IMG/VR virus record: IMGVR_UViG_3300042470_001171
Span: 8,814 to 72,813 of that record
Direction: 5' to 3' (one strand)
From: a virus
Taxonomy: Duplodnaviria; Caudoviricetes
DNA: 64,000 bases
In this document: in pieces, positions 35,258-46,142 of the stretch
Layout: every line of letters begins with the position of its first letter
How positions within the stretch are numbered: position 1 is the stretch's first letter
The notes under the pieces: model-generated
What the model was told of the DNA's origin: nothing
Seen by the model: the letters and a program-made list of their open reading frames with translations, nothing else
The model's database searches: none
Program-made: the position numbers and the translations under genes

Positions 35258-35735
35258 CCAGTACGCTAGCCTTACTTTGGTAATGACGGTGCCAGCTACG
35301 GCTACCACCAACGCCAGCGGGCTGCCGGAGTCGTTGGTGACTACCCAGGTCGGCGTAGCGTGGATCAAGGTCGGCAATGATCGGCTACTGCAGGAGGCGG
35401 GCAGTACCTTGACCGAGATCCCGCTAGAGGGTTACTTCCTGGCACCCCAGCGGCCAGCCTCGACGATCCGGCCCGGGGTAACCATGCCCGCTTATTTATG
35501 GCGGCTGTCGCAGGACTTCACGCTGATCAACCCCAGCACTGGCCTGTTGCGTACCTGGGGAAGCTTGGCTAGCTTCAATGCCTTTGTTGAGCGCAACCGC
35601 CGCCACCTCGACCACGAAGGCCAGTTTACCCTAGGCGCTACCCTGGCTAGCCAGTACCAGCTCCCTGATCAACTGCTAGGCAAAAAGCTATCAGGGGTAT
35701 TTAGCTATCGGGTGCAGTGGGGTGATGTGGTGTGA
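35241..35735 (+). CDS. Putative head-tail joining protein
   Basis: Position and size only. Confidence 0.5.
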   Translation: MPTPLDQYASLTLVMTVPATATTNASGLPESLVTTQVGVAWIKVGNDRLLQEAGSTLTEIPLEGYFLAPQRPASTIRPGVTMPAYLWRLSQDFTLINPSTGLLRTWGSLASFNAFVERNRRHLDHEGQFTLGATLASQYQLPDQLLGKKLSGVFSYRVQWGDVV

Positions 35736-37642
35736 GCCGCCAGCTAGTCAACATTGCCGACCGCTACGACGCCGAACTAGACAAGGCCAGTCAGGATGTG
35801 CTGAAGCGCATTGCAGCAGCCTATGACGTTAGCTACCGAGCTATGGTGGCTAAGCTGCGGGATGCCATGCCACGGCTGCAGCAGGCCGGCAGCATCTCTA
35901 CGCTGGTGCGCCAGGGGGCGATTGCAGCGGAGCTGGGCGAGGCGCTCAAATTTCTTAACCCTAGCAATGAGCAAGCCATTGAGCAGCTAGGCTATGACGT
36001 AATTCAGCAGGCGGTTGACTTGGGCCAGCAAATGGCAGGCGACAGCTTGAACTATATCGGACTCCAGGCCCCGTTTACCACCATCCCGATTGGCGCAGTC
36101 CGTAACCAGGCGGAACGGTTCAGAGAGCGCCTAGTCAACTATTCCAACCAGCAAGCCAGCCAGATCAGCGCCGTAGTAGAGCAAGGTCTGATCCAAGGCT
36201 GGGGCACCCGCAAGATCGAAGGCCAGCTAAAGACGCTGGGGGTAAGCTTCAAGAGCAATGCGGAGACCATTGCCAGGACAGAAACCATGAGCGCCTACAA
36301 TGGGGCGGCCAAGAGCCGCTACGAGCAGGCAGGCGTGGCCTATGTGCAATGGATTGCCACCCCGGCTGAGGGCACCTGTAGCCTATGCTATGCCCGCAAT
36401 ACCAAAGCCTGGAAGACTGCCGAAGCGCCAGCGATCCCGGCCCATCCGCGCTGTCGTTGCACCTACCTACCAACGGCGTCGCTGAGTGACATTGACACCG
36501 CATTTTACGAAGACTACAGCAAGCAAGGCCTAGACGACCTGGAGCGCCAGGGCTTGCAGCCAGACAATGGGCCCACCTACTGGGAGAAAAAGGCAGGCGT
36601 CACCCCGGCTAAGCCTAGCTGGGTGCCAGGGCAGGCGGTGCCGGCTGCGCCGGCGGCGGCTAAGCCTGCGCTTAAATTTGAGGTACCTGAGCGCATTGGT
36701 AGCAACAACGTTAAGTTGTATGAAACCGCTGCGGGGCGCAGTCCTGAGCTTTCTAAGCAAGAGATCTTGAAAGCTCGCGAGTTTATGCCGAACGATGGCT
36801 ACACGAAAGATAAAATCAAGAGAATTAGGTCTGAGTCTGCGTCTATCACCGCCGACGAGGCAAGGGCGATTGCATCTTACATTCACTCCGATTCTTACGG
36901 CGACATGGCTCGGAGGGTTTATGGTCCAAGCGATCAGCTGGGACCGGTCAGAGGTACTAACGCTGGCGTTGACGCAACAAATGTGCTTGCAGCGCAAGGC
37001 TTGCGCAAGTTAGCGGCTGTAACGGAAGACTCAATTAATGATAAAGCATTAGCTTTTGCTGAAAGAACGGGCAAGGATCCGGCGTTGTATGATAACGAAA
37101 GAGGGTTGACCCGACTAATGACGCTTGATAATGCGACAGCAGACAAGATCTTTAGTCGTTATCAAAAGGCGCTAAACGGTGACGAACTGCTTGAAGAGGA
37201 CACTTGGTTTGCAACTAGCACTCTTTCCCAGGATAAAATTCGTGTAGCCGGAGGAGTCAGCGCTAATTTCGTTTACAAGATCAGGCCGAGGCTCGATGGC
37301 GCGGGCCAAGGCCGTTATGTAGATCATTTTAAGAACGAGATGATCGAAGGCGAGGTTCTTTACCCTCCGTATTCCAGGTTTAGGGTAAAGTCGGTTCGCA
37401 AGGTCGACGGTTTAGAGCCAACTGTCGAGCAACAGCGTATGCGTGAAAATTCTTTAAACCTTAGGCGAGTGTCTGCCATGCAAGCATTGCATGGCAGTAA
37501 ATGGAAATCAGCCTGGAAGAAAGAGATTGGCGGCGAAGCTCCTAGTGCATCTGAGATGAAAAAATGGGAAGCTGATAGGGATGCGCTACGCGGGATAAGA
37601 TTTAGGCCGAATCAGTATGAGATTGAGCTAGAGGAGGTCTGA
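35732..37642 (+). CDS. MuF/SPP1-gp7 minor head protein with C-terminal ADP-ribosyltransferase-like domain
   Basis: AETIARTETMSAYN, C..C, PAHPRCRC; C-terminal LTR, FATST, EGEVLYPPYSRFRV. Confidence 0.85.
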   Translation: MSRQLVNIADRYDAELDKASQDVLKRIAAAYDVSYRAMVAKLRDAMPRLQQAGSISTLVRQGAIAAELGEALKFLNPSNEQAIEQLGYDVIQQAVDLGQQMAGDSLNYIGLQAPFTTIPIGAVRNQAERFRERLVNYSNQQASQISAVVEQGLIQGWGTRKIEGQLKTLGVSFKSNAETIARTETMSAYNGAAKSRYEQAGVAYVQWIATPAEGTCSLCYARNTKAWKTAEAPAIPAHPRCRCTYLPTASLSDIDTAFYEDYSKQGLDDLERQGLQPDNGPTYWEKKAGVTPAKPSWVPGQAVPAAPAAAKPALKFEVPERIGSNNVKLYETAAGRSPELSKQEILKAREFMPNDGYTKDKIKRIRSESASITADEARAIASYIHSDSYGDMARRVYGPSDQLGPVRGTNAGVDATNVLAAQGLRKLAAVTEDSINDKALAFAERTGKDPALYDNERGLTRLMTLDNATADKIFSRYQKALNGDELLEEDTWFATSTLSQDKIRVAGGVSANFVYKIRPRLDGAGQGRYVDHFKNEMIEGEVLYPPYSRFRVKSVRKVDGLEPTVEQQRMRENSLNLRRVSAMQALHGSKWKSAWKKEIGGEAPSASEMKKWEADRDALRGIRFRPNQYEIELEEV

Positions 37643-37839
37643 TGTCACTTACGATTGAAGAAATGGCGCGAATCATTGTTGACAAAGAGATCCCTTTGTT
37701 ACTAAGGATGGGGCCGCCTGACGAATACGCTGAGGATATTAAACTGGCACTAGCTGCTGGCCAACAAGATGACTATCTTGGCCTGGATTACGATCAAGTG
37801 GTGGCTAAGCTTCGAGAAAATGCGAGGCAGGCGAAATAA
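37642..37839 (+). CDS. Small protein, candidate immunity protein
   Basis: Coupled (TGATG) directly after the toxin domain. Confidence 0.5.
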   Translation: MSLTIEEMARIIVDKEIPLLLRMGPPDEYAEDIKLALAAGQQDDYLGLDYDQVVAKLRENARQAK

Positions 37840-37877
37840 GCTTCAGGGCACCCTAGATCCAGCGCTCTGGATCCGTC

Positions 37878-38390
37878 ATGGCTGTCTCTGTCGAATACAC
37901 TGCCACTGGCATCAGCCTAGCCCAGTATGCGGCTAAGGTTTCTGACCTAGGCCCGGTGCTGAATGCTACAGGGGCCTATATCGAGCGCCTATCCAAGGAA
38001 GCCATCATCCGTGGCCAGACCATTGGCGGCAAGCCCCTAGCGCCCCTGGCCCCGTCCACTGTGGCCGAAAAGCAATACCGCAAGAAGGCCCGGGGCATCC
38101 TGCGCCGCGATGGCGGCCTACTGGCTAGCCTAGCCTTTGCCCGCACCAGCGCTACCGAGGTGCAGGTGGGCACTAACCTGGAGTATGCGCCATGGGTGAT
38201 CCTAGGCACCCAGCCCTATACCATCCGGCCCCAGAGTGCAGCCCGGCTGCGGTTCTATGGCCAGGATGGCTGGCGTAGTGCCAAGCAGGTCAACCATCCT
38301 GGACTGCCGGAGCGTAATATTTTTGATGGGTTCCAAGACAAGGCGATCCCATTCTTTGTTGATGCCTTTGGAAAATACCTGGAGTCCTGA
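37878..38390 (+). CDS. Phage virion morphogenesis/tail completion protein
   Basis: APLAPSTV..ILRRDGGLLASL..VGTNLEYA..HPGLPER. Confidence 0.82.
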   Translation: MAVSVEYTATGISLAQYAAKVSDLGPVLNATGAYIERLSKEAIIRGQTIGGKPLAPLAPSTVAEKQYRKKARGILRRDGGLLASLAFARTSATEVQVGTNLEYAPWVILGTQPYTIRPQSAARLRFYGQDGWRSAKQVNHPGLPERNIFDGFQDKAIPFFVDAFGKYLES

Positions 38391-38812
38391 TGAACACCCC
38401 ATTCAGCCTAACTACAACCCTGATCCCTGTCCTGGTGGCCCGGCTGTCGCCCATTGCTGCCCTAGGCGTAGCGGTGCAAGGATTGCCCGATAGCAGACGC
38501 GAGAGCGGTTTTGTTGCCAATGATGCGGTAACGCTAGCCTGGATCGCCTGGAGCCCTGTCCAGGGGGCAGGGAACAGCGTTTCCGGGGCTGTTACCCAAA
38601 CCATTACCTTGAACTGTCGCATATCGGTGCGTAAGCTTAGCCTACGGGACCAGGTAGCCGATCTGTTGTACCAGCGGCTAGCGGGCTGGCAGGTTAGCCA
38701 AGGAACATTCCTGCAGTATGGCGGCAGTGAAATTATCCCACCGGCTGACAATGACCCAGACTACCGCCAGGATGTGCGCTTTGCCATGGTGGTTCAGAAC
38801 CGGCCAGGGTGA
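38390..38812 (+). CDS. Putative tail terminator
   Basis: Position before the tail tube gene, 140 aa. Confidence 0.55.
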   Translation: MNTPFSLTTTLIPVLVARLSPIAALGVAVQGLPDSRRESGFVANDAVTLAWIAWSPVQGAGNSVSGAVTQTITLNCRISVRKLSLRDQVADLLYQRLAGWQVSQGTFLQYGGSEIIPPADNDPDYRQDVRFAMVVQNRPG

Positions 38813-38894
38813 TGGGCACTCTTAAACCAGTGGGCGTGATGCCCCTAAAGATGGCGTGATGCCAGCATCCCACTAAAGCTTTAGAGGCAAAATC

Positions 38895-39671
38895 ATGTTC
38901 AAAGGTATTGGCGATCCGTGGATCCGCACCACGGCATTCTCTGGCACCAGCGCAAACGATCAACGAATGATGGTGCTGGGGCTACTAAGTTTCGAGTTGA
39001 CGGCTGAATCTGAGTCCAAAGAATCGCAAAAGTTTAACAGCGAAGGTACCCTGGTTACCGCTAGCCGGGTGAAGGGCTCCACCAGCTATAGCTTTACGCT
39101 GTCCTACAACGAAGTGGACTGGGGCACCCTGGGCTTTGCCCTAAACCAGTTTCCCCGCTCTGCCAGCGCTGTCACCATTCCTACCCTCAAGTATGGCACC
39201 GTCCCCGCGGCCGGGCCCTACACCATCACCGATGCAGGCATCAGCGCCTCTAACGTGTCGGTGGTAATCACCAAGTCCGGCGCGTGGGGCCAAGCTGGCC
39301 AGGCGCTGACGGTGGGTGGCTCTGGTGCCGGTACCGTTGCAGTGTCGGGTACGACGCTGACCTTCAATGCAGCCCAGGCGGGCGCTAGCGTGGCCTACCT
39401 GGCCTATGCCAGCTCCACCTACAATGCTCAGGACTATGGCGGTCCTACGGGCGGCAAGAGCTGGGGTACGTTCGAGTTTTGGGGCACTATCTTTATGCCA
39501 ACGCTTAGCAGTGGCACCAAGATCTACATCCCCGAAGCGTCGATCTCCGAAGACCCGACCATCACCATTGATGACGGGGTGCCAACGGTTGAGGTGGTCT
39601 GTGGTATGTCCACGCCAGCGGGCTGGGATAAGCCATTCCGTATCTTCAACCTGGATACGGCAACAGTCTAG
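38895..39671 (+). CDS. Major tail tube protein
   Basis: Ser/Thr/Gly-rich 258 aa, two genes upstream of the tape measure. Confidence 0.7.
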   Translation: MFKGIGDPWIRTTAFSGTSANDQRMMVLGLLSFELTAESESKESQKFNSEGTLVTASRVKGSTSYSFTLSYNEVDWGTLGFALNQFPRSASAVTIPTLKYGTVPAAGPYTITDAGISASNVSVVITKSGAWGQAGQALTVGGSGAGTVAVSGTTLTFNAAQAGASVAYLAYASSTYNAQDYGGPTGGKSWGTFEFWGTIFMPTLSSGTKIYIPEASISEDPTITIDDGVPTVEVVCGMSTPAGWDKPFRIFNLDTATV

Positions 39672-39681
39672 GTAAGCGGCT

Positions 39682-40290
39682 ATGCCCTGGGTTAGTGACG
39701 ATGACGGGTTTGACTACCGGCTATTGACGACTGGAGCGCTTGAGTTTCGGGACCGTCATGGCCGGTATCAACTGGTCTGGGGTTGCAATGCCCAGGGCTG
39801 GCATGAATTTTGGGATCGGCTGGATCTGGTGCGGGAATTGCTAGCCAGCGCGCCGGATGACAAAACGTTGAGTGAACTATACCTGGAGCATCCAGCCTTT
39901 AGGCGACACTGTGACCGATGCCTGGAATTGAATGGCATCGACCCTGACTGGGTATCGCCCATGCTGATGCGCTGGCTATTGTTCCCCGCCGATGGCGAAA
40001 CGCCAGCCCCCCTGGTGGCCCTCAATAGCCCCTACCCGGCCAAGCATCCACCCTTGCTAGGTGGTGAGCCGGTCAGTAGCCGGGTGGAGCTGCTAGCGGC
40101 CTTAGCGGCAGTCTGTGATGGCAACATGGCCGATGCGGTGGAGCTAGCCAATAGTACCCCCGCCAGGGATCTGCTAGCCGCGATGCAGTCCAGGGCCTGG
40201 GCGATGGCCAGCCAGGACGAAAAGGACAAGGCAATCTTGACCCAAAAGAAACGAGAAATGGCAGAGGCAAGGGGGCTGAACCGTGGCTGA
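39682..40290 (+). CDS. Putative tail assembly chaperone
   Basis: Between tail tube and tape measure. Confidence 0.6.
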   Translation: MPWVSDDDGFDYRLLTTGALEFRDRHGRYQLVWGCNAQGWHEFWDRLDLVRELLASAPDDKTLSELYLEHPAFRRHCDRCLELNGIDPDWVSPMLMRWLLFPADGETPAPLVALNSPYPAKHPPLLGGEPVSSRVELLAALAAVCDGNMADAVELANSTPARDLLAAMQSRAWAMASQDEKDKAILTQKKREMAEARGLNRG

Positions 40291-43200
40291 TTTACGACTT
40301 GGGGTAAAGATCGGTGTCCAGGGTGGCGCTCAGTCGGCCAAAGAGATCCGTAACCTGGATGATCAGGTAAAGCGCCTGCAGGAACAAAATGCAAAGGCGG
40401 CCAGTACAGCCAAGTCCCTTGGCGCAGCCTATAACCTAAGTGGGGCTGAGGTAGACCAGCTGATCAACGAACTACGGCAGCTCGAAGGCCAGACCCGATC
40501 AACAGCAGGCGAGGCCAGAAAGCTGGATGCGGTATTCCAGGGGCTACTGCAGGGCTTTGGGCAACAGCTAACCCAGATTGGGTTTCAAGCCTTCAACAGC
40601 GCCGTCAGAGGCGTTGGTAATGTTATTGGTGGATCCATTTCAAGTTTTGTAGAGTTTCAGGGCGCACTGCAGCAGGCCGGTGCGATTAGCCAGAGCATTG
40701 GCACTCCTCAGTTTGAGGCGCTGGGCAACGAGATCGAGCGGCTGGGGATCGTCACGAGTAAGACACCTATCGAAATCGCCAAGACTGCTGTTGAATTAAC
40801 TAGGGCGGGCTTTAGTGCGACAGAAACAGCTGACGCTCTTGAAGGCATTGCCAGGGCATCAGAGGCAACAGGAGAATCATTGGCGACAGTCGGTGATATT
40901 GTGGCCAAGACGCTGCGGGCCTATGGGTTGCAGGCTAGTCAAAGCCTGGAGGTCGCTAATACTTTGGTGGCAACAGCAAACGCCACCAATACATCGGTAT
41001 CAGGCCTCGGAGAGTCGTTCAAATATGTAGCCCCAGCTGCTGCTGCCGCTAATCAGTCTGTAGCAACTTCGGCTATTTTGCTAGGTGCATTGGGTGATGC
41101 TGGTATTCAAGGTAGCCAGGCGGGAACTAACCTTGCTGCAGCACTAGACAGGCTAAAGACTGCTTCGGCTGGCGCAAACAGTGAATATGGCGATCTGGTC
41201 AAGGGAAACAAGAAGGCTACCCAGGCCTATGATCTGTTGGCGGCTAGCGTCAGAGATAGCAATGGCGAAGTCAGGGATCTGCTGCAAGTGATCCCCGAGA
41301 TCCAAGCAGGCTTAGAAAACTTAAGCTCAGGCGATCAAGACCTAGTGCTTAAAGCTTTGTTTGGCATTGAAGGTGGTCGAGCGTTTCAAACCATTGCTAA
41401 TACATCCATTGAGCGGATCCAAGAGATCACCGAAGAGGTTGCGGTATTAAGCCAGGAAGGGGAAGGTGCTGCAGTTAAGACCGGTAAACTTTTGCTGGAG
41501 GGATTGTCAGGTAGCCTGGATCTGATTGGTGGATCCATTGGGACACTTAGAAATCAGCTGGGTGAGGCGTTTGGCCCGGCGCTGGAAGGATCCATCCGGT
41601 TTTTGACCGATGTGATTAATAAAATTATTGAAGCTGGCGATAGTTTTTCCGCCATCCAAGACGCTGGCACGCGTTTTGCTGAAACATTGCGCGGCAATCC
41701 AGAGTTTGTGATTGAGCTGGCTAACGCATTTACAGACATCGCCAAGATACTTAGCCAGGGCATCGCTGATCAGATAAACCGAATCACCACGGCACTGCAG
41801 ACCAACCCACAAATCATCAGCGAGTTAGCCGCCAGGTTTGTTAGCGCCGCTGAGGCGGCTGGCCGGTTTGTGGCCTCCCTGCTGCAGATCGCTGGTACTG
41901 TCGGCAGGATTGGCGCATCGTTTGCTGGTGCAGCTGGATCTTTGTTTACCAGTCTTGCCCCCACCCTGAGCGCATTGGTCGGAGTCATCAATAGCGCAGT
42001 TCAAGCACTCCAGCCTTTGCTGTCCAATACCAAGCTGGTGGAGGTAGCCTTCCAAGCATTAGTAGTGCAGATGATTGCTGTGCGGGCTCAGAACTTAGTC
42101 AGCACATTTACCCAGATTACTGGCGGCCTTGTCGCCATGACCAGAAGCGTTATCGCTTCAACTGCAGCTACAAGAGCGCTGGCTACCGCCCAGGCCACGG
42201 GATCCAGGTCCGGCCTGCTATTGGCCCAGAACTTGGCTGCCCAAGGTGCTGCCGCCAGGACTGCGATCCAGGGCTTTGCCGGGGCCGCCGCCGCTGGCGC
42301 ACAGTTCGCATTGCTGGCTGGAGCAATAGCTTCGGTGTCAGTCGCCTTGAGCCGGTTCAAGGATGGCGGCGCAGCGCTTAATGAAGGTGCTGACGACATT
42401 CGTAAGAGCTTGGCAGAAGTCCAGCTTGAACTGCAAGGAACCAGCAGCCAAGCTGCAGCCACTCAGCAGGGTTTACTGGAGTTGTTCCCTGCAGAGCCCC
42501 CGCCGACTGACTTTCTTGACAAAATTACTGAAAAGTTGGTGCAGATTAGGGAACGAATTGACGGGATTATAAAGTCTGTTCCTGGTATGCAGCAGGCACT
42601 TCTTTTGGTGCCAGGTGCAAACGTAGCTCTTAACTTGCTGCCCGATACTACCAATGCTGAAAAGCAGCTTAATGACCAAAAGATAGCATTAGAAAATATA
42701 CTCACTGCCACCGATGAGGTGATTCGATCAACAGAACAATTTGGTACGACAGGGGTTAACGCCACTGGTCAGTACGTCAGTTCGCAAAAGCAAGCCCAAA
42801 CCCAGCTTGAAGCTATTAATGCCACCCTGCTAGGGCTACAACGCCAGCAGGAAGGCTTGGATCCGGCCACGCTTGGGGCTGATGCGTATCAGCAATTTAC
42901 CACCCAGATCAATGCGTCTATCAAAGCATTAGAGCAAGAAAAGCTAGAGTTTCAGCGACGTTTTGACTTGGTGGACAGTTACCAGGATCTAGTGACTCAG
43001 AACGCTAAGGCTTTACAGAAAATTGAGACAGATTCTCTCAACGCCCAGGCTAAGCTTGTCGAGGCAGGCGAGCCCCAGACGCGCATTTTGCAGGTTGAAG
43101 CTGACGCACTAAACAAGCGGGTAGCTCAAAATCGGGTATATGCCGACAAGCTAAAGACAGCTATTGAGGCTGGTATCTTGGATCCCAAAGAAGTCCAGCA

Positions 43201-44830
43201 GGCTCAGCTAGAAATTGAGTCTATCGAGCGTGATTCTGCTGATGCACGGCTGGCGATTGCTAACAAGCAGAAAGAGATCGCTCAGGCTGTAAGTGATGCG
43301 TTGGCTGATTCGGCTGAGGAACAGAAAAAAAGCCTTGAAGGGCTTACTGCCGCCAACCAGAAAGCCTTGTCCGACCTGGAGCTAGCCGCTGCCAACACCC
43401 GGGCTACCATCCTGGAGGCAGGCGGGGATCCGGCCAAGCTAGCTCAGGCGGAGCAGCAAGCTTTGAAAGATCGCATTGATGCTAACAAAGACTTCCTGGC
43501 TCAGCTAAAGGAGCTGACCCCGGCTGAGGGCGAGGAGGCCCAAAAGACTGCCGACCAGATCCGCCAGACTGAGCTAACCCTAGCCAATGACCGGGTTGCC
43601 TTGGCCCAGCAGGTGCTTGAGGCGAAGGTAAAGGCGGCAGAAGAGGTAGCCAAGGCGGAAGTGGACCGGCTCAAGGAAGCGCGAGACACTGAGAGGGAGT
43701 CTGCACAGACGGAATTTGATACTCAGCAGGAGCAGGCTAGGAAAAGGTTTGGCGACGAGGATCGGGCGCGACAGGAGGCATTTGACGAAACACAGCAAAA
43801 TAGTCGAGAAGCCTTTAATGAAAGCCAGCGAGATGCTGATGAAGCCTTTCAATTACGACAACAGAATGCGCAGAAAGCCTTCCAAAAGGCTCAACAAGCA
43901 GAGGCAAAACGATTCCAGGACCAGCTAAATGCAGAACGGGACCGGGGCAACCGGGAGTTTGACGCACTGCAAAAAGAGGTAGACCGTCGTGCCCAACTGG
44001 CTGAGGCGACCGGGGCGGAGCGGGCCGACTTGCAGCGTCAGTTTGATGAAGAAGATCGCCGGGCCAAAGAACGACGCAAGATTGAGCAGCAAGTGCTTAA
44101 TCAGCGTGGATCCGTACTAGCTGATCAGGGCGACTTACTAAACCTGTCTCCCCTAGAACAGGCCAGGGCTGCATTTGAACAATCCTTGCAGGAAAAGCAA
44201 GTCGCATTTGACGAGCAGCAACAGATTGCACAGGAAGCGTTTGAGGTTAGGCAGCGAGCGGATCAGAAAATATTTGAGGACCAACAGAAGGAAGACCAAA
44301 GGCTTTTTGATAAAGTCCAACGAGAAGACCAGAAACTTTTTGAAACATCCCAGCAAGTTCTTCAAGAGCAGTTTCAGTCACGGCAGCAAGCAGCTGAAGC
44401 AGCCTTCAACGCCCAGCAACGCCAGCTAGACGAGCAAAGCGCCCAACGTCAGGCCGCTATCCTTGAGGCGGCTAGCCGTGGCATTGCGCCCCAGGTGCAG
44501 GCCCGGCGTGATGGTGGCCCGGTTGCGGCTGGCCAGCCCTACTTGGTAGGCGAGGAAGGCCCTGAGCTGATCACCCCCACCCGTCGGGGCTGGGTGCATA
44601 CTGCAGGCGAGACAGCGGCTATCATGGCCCGTCAGCCCGTTATGGCCATCAAGCCCCAGTCTATAGCAGGCGTCGAGGCTAAGCTGTCGGAGCTGTTGCA
44701 AGAGGTGCGCCGGGGGCGGCGAGTGGTGGCCCCCACTAGCTTTACCCTGAACACTCAGAACCCGCTCAGTGATGCGGTGGAGCTACAGATCAAGCAAGTT
44801 AGGGCGCTGGCCCGGGGGAGGGTACTGTAA
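40283..44830 (+). CDS. Tail tape measure protein (TP901-like core)
   Basis: 1515 aa; LGESFKYVAPAA, LGDAGIQGSQAGTNL; C-terminal GGPV..GQPYLVGEEGPEL. Confidence 0.93.
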   Translation: MADLRLGVKIGVQGGAQSAKEIRNLDDQVKRLQEQNAKAASTAKSLGAAYNLSGAEVDQLINELRQLEGQTRSTAGEARKLDAVFQGLLQGFGQQLTQIGFQAFNSAVRGVGNVIGGSISSFVEFQGALQQAGAISQSIGTPQFEALGNEIERLGIVTSKTPIEIAKTAVELTRAGFSATETADALEGIARASEATGESLATVGDIVAKTLRAYGLQASQSLEVANTLVATANATNTSVSGLGESFKYVAPAAAAANQSVATSAILLGALGDAGIQGSQAGTNLAAALDRLKTASAGANSEYGDLVKGNKKATQAYDLLAASVRDSNGEVRDLLQVIPEIQAGLENLSSGDQDLVLKALFGIEGGRAFQTIANTSIERIQEITEEVAVLSQEGEGAAVKTGKLLLEGLSGSLDLIGGSIGTLRNQLGEAFGPALEGSIRFLTDVINKIIEAGDSFSAIQDAGTRFAETLRGNPEFVIELANAFTDIAKILSQGIADQINRITTALQTNPQIISELAARFVSAAEAAGRFVASLLQIAGTVGRIGASFAGAAGSLFTSLAPTLSALVGVINSAVQALQPLLSNTKLVEVAFQALVVQMIAVRAQNLVSTFTQITGGLVAMTRSVIASTAATRALATAQATGSRSGLLLAQNLAAQGAAARTAIQGFAGAAAAGAQFALLAGAIASVSVALSRFKDGGAALNEGADDIRKSLAEVQLELQGTSSQAAATQQGLLELFPAEPPPTDFLDKITEKLVQIRERIDGIIKSVPGMQQALLLVPGANVALNLLPDTTNAEKQLNDQKIALENILTATDEVIRSTEQFGTTGVNATGQYVSSQKQAQTQLEAINATLLGLQRQQEGLDPATLGADAYQQFTTQINASIKALEQEKLEFQRRFDLVDSYQDLVTQNAKALQKIETDSLNAQAKLVEAGEPQTRILQVEADALNKRVAQNRVYADKLKTAIEAGILDPKEVQQAQLEIESIERDSADARLAIANKQKEIAQAVSDALADSAEEQKKSLEGLTAANQKALSDLELAAANTRATILEAGGDPAKLAQAEQQALKDRIDANKDFLAQLKELTPAEGEEAQKTADQIRQTELTLANDRVALAQQVLEAKVKAAEEVAKAEVDRLKEARDTERESAQTEFDTQQEQARKRFGDEDRARQEAFDETQQNSREAFNESQRDADEAFQLRQQNAQKAFQKAQQAEAKRFQDQLNAERDRGNREFDALQKEVDRRAQLAEATGAERADLQRQFDEEDRRAKERRKIEQQVLNQRGSVLADQGDLLNLSPLEQARAAFEQSLQEKQVAFDEQQQIAQEAFEVRQRADQKIFEDQQKEDQRLFDKVQREDQKLFETSQQVLQEQFQSRQQAAEAAFNAQQRQLDEQSAQRQAAILEAASRGIAPQVQARRDGGPVAAGQPYLVGEEGPELITPTRRGWVHTAGETAAIMARQPVMAIKPQSIAGVEAKLSELLQEVRRGRRVVAPTSFTLNTQNPLSDAVELQIKQVRALARGRVL

Positions 44831-45345
44831 TGGCAGCAGGGGAAATCAGGATCGGCATTGCTGGCAATAGCACCACCAACTTCAACACCGCCAGCCTGGC
44901 TGTACTAACTTTGTACCGGGGCGAGGAAGGTATATCCTTCAGCCAGCGGGCCGCTATCGGCTATGACACCACGGGCACGCCCACCAACTGGGGCACCACC
45001 CCGATCATCGGCCCTGCCTATGCGCCTAGGTTCCTGTGGACCTTGACGCCCTGGCTAACCACCAGCGAGGCCCAACACCTAGAGGCCCTGGCCATCTATC
45101 AGAAGTCCACTCAAAATGCCCTCAGGCTGATTGATGAAGTCGATCAGGTGGTTATAGACTCAACCTATAACAACCGCACCTTGCTAAGCCAGACAACGCC
45201 CTCCTGGGGGCCAGGCTATCGGGTAGGCTATGGCGTGTTTTCGGTGCAGCTACAGCTAGAGGATGCCTGGAGTGAATATATTGGCCAATGGGCGGAGGAT
45301 GACTCCGGAGCCAGGGCGGCGACGATTACCGCCGTCGAGCTTTGA
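44830..45345 (+). CDS. Putative distal tail protein
   Basis: Coupled to the tape measure stop. Confidence 0.55.
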   Translation: MAAGEIRIGIAGNSTTNFNTASLAVLTLYRGEEGISFSQRAAIGYDTTGTPTNWGTTPIIGPAYAPRFLWTLTPWLTTSEAQHLEALAIYQKSTQNALRLIDEVDQVVIDSTYNNRTLLSQTTPSWGPGYRVGYGVFSVQLQLEDAWSEYIGQWAEDDSGARAATITAVEL

Positions 45346-46075
45346 TGACCATGCAAAAGCCATAGTCAGCGCCAACTTTATCGCCTAAGTCTTGCAGTAT
45401 TTCAACGACAGATGGATCCTGATCGGTCAGGTAGCGCACTGGCCCATCGACATCTGGGATCCCCCAGTAGGGCATCAGGAATGAGCCGCAGCTAGCTTCT
45501 ATGCTGAACCCGGCAGACTCCATCATGGCGGTCATCTCGCTGAAGGTAAACTCTTTGACATGATCGTAGGAGCATAGAAAGTCGCCGTGGCCCAGAGCGC
45601 GATTGATACGCAGGTGGAGCGAGTCGCGGTTAGGGGTAGTTAGCACTAGCAGCCCGCCTGGGGCTAGCACCCGATGCCATTCCTTGAGCGCCCTGTCAGG
45701 CTCTAACAGGTGCTCGATGGCTTCCTTGGCGATGACGGTGTTGAAGGTGCCATCCTCAAAGTCAAGCTGGCATACATCACCCTGTTGGTAGCTAAATTCA
45801 GGAAATGCTTGCTGGGCTAGCGCGATAGCCACATCGCTAATGTCGATGCCCGTATAGTCAGCCAATGGATCCAAGTATGGCGCAGAGCCGCCCTGACCGC
45901 AGCATACTTCCAGGATCCGCCCTGGGTCATCGCCCAGGTAGGCCATTGTCTTTTGGTTGAGGTCTTCCATGCGGGCAATATCCCACAATAGCTGCAGCGA
46001 ATAGGCCGTATTGGTGTCATAGCGGCTATTCATCGATTCACGGATCTCTTCGGCTGTCTTTTCGCAGTATGTCAT
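45326..46075 (-). CDS. Class I SAM-dependent methyltransferase
   Basis: ILEVCCGQG, GIDIS, GDVCQLDF, EHL, RVLAPGG..TTPN. Confidence 0.9.
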   Translation of the reverse strand: MTYCEKTAEEIRESMNSRYDTNTAYSLQLLWDIARMEDLNQKTMAYLGDDPGRILEVCCGQGGSAPYLDPLADYTGIDISDVAIALAQQAFPEFSYQQGDVCQLDFEDGTFNTVIAKEAIEHLLEPDRALKEWHRVLAPGGLLVLTTPNRDSLHLRINRALGHGDFLCSYDHVKEFTFSEMTAMMESAGFSIEASCGSFLMPYWGIPDVDGPVRYLTDQDPSVVEILQDLGDKVGADYGFCMVIKARRR

Positions 46076-46142
46076 AGTCCCTCAAAATGCTGCTTCCAGA
46101 ATGCCCAGGGCACCCTAAGGCTGTGACCTAGGGACAACAACC

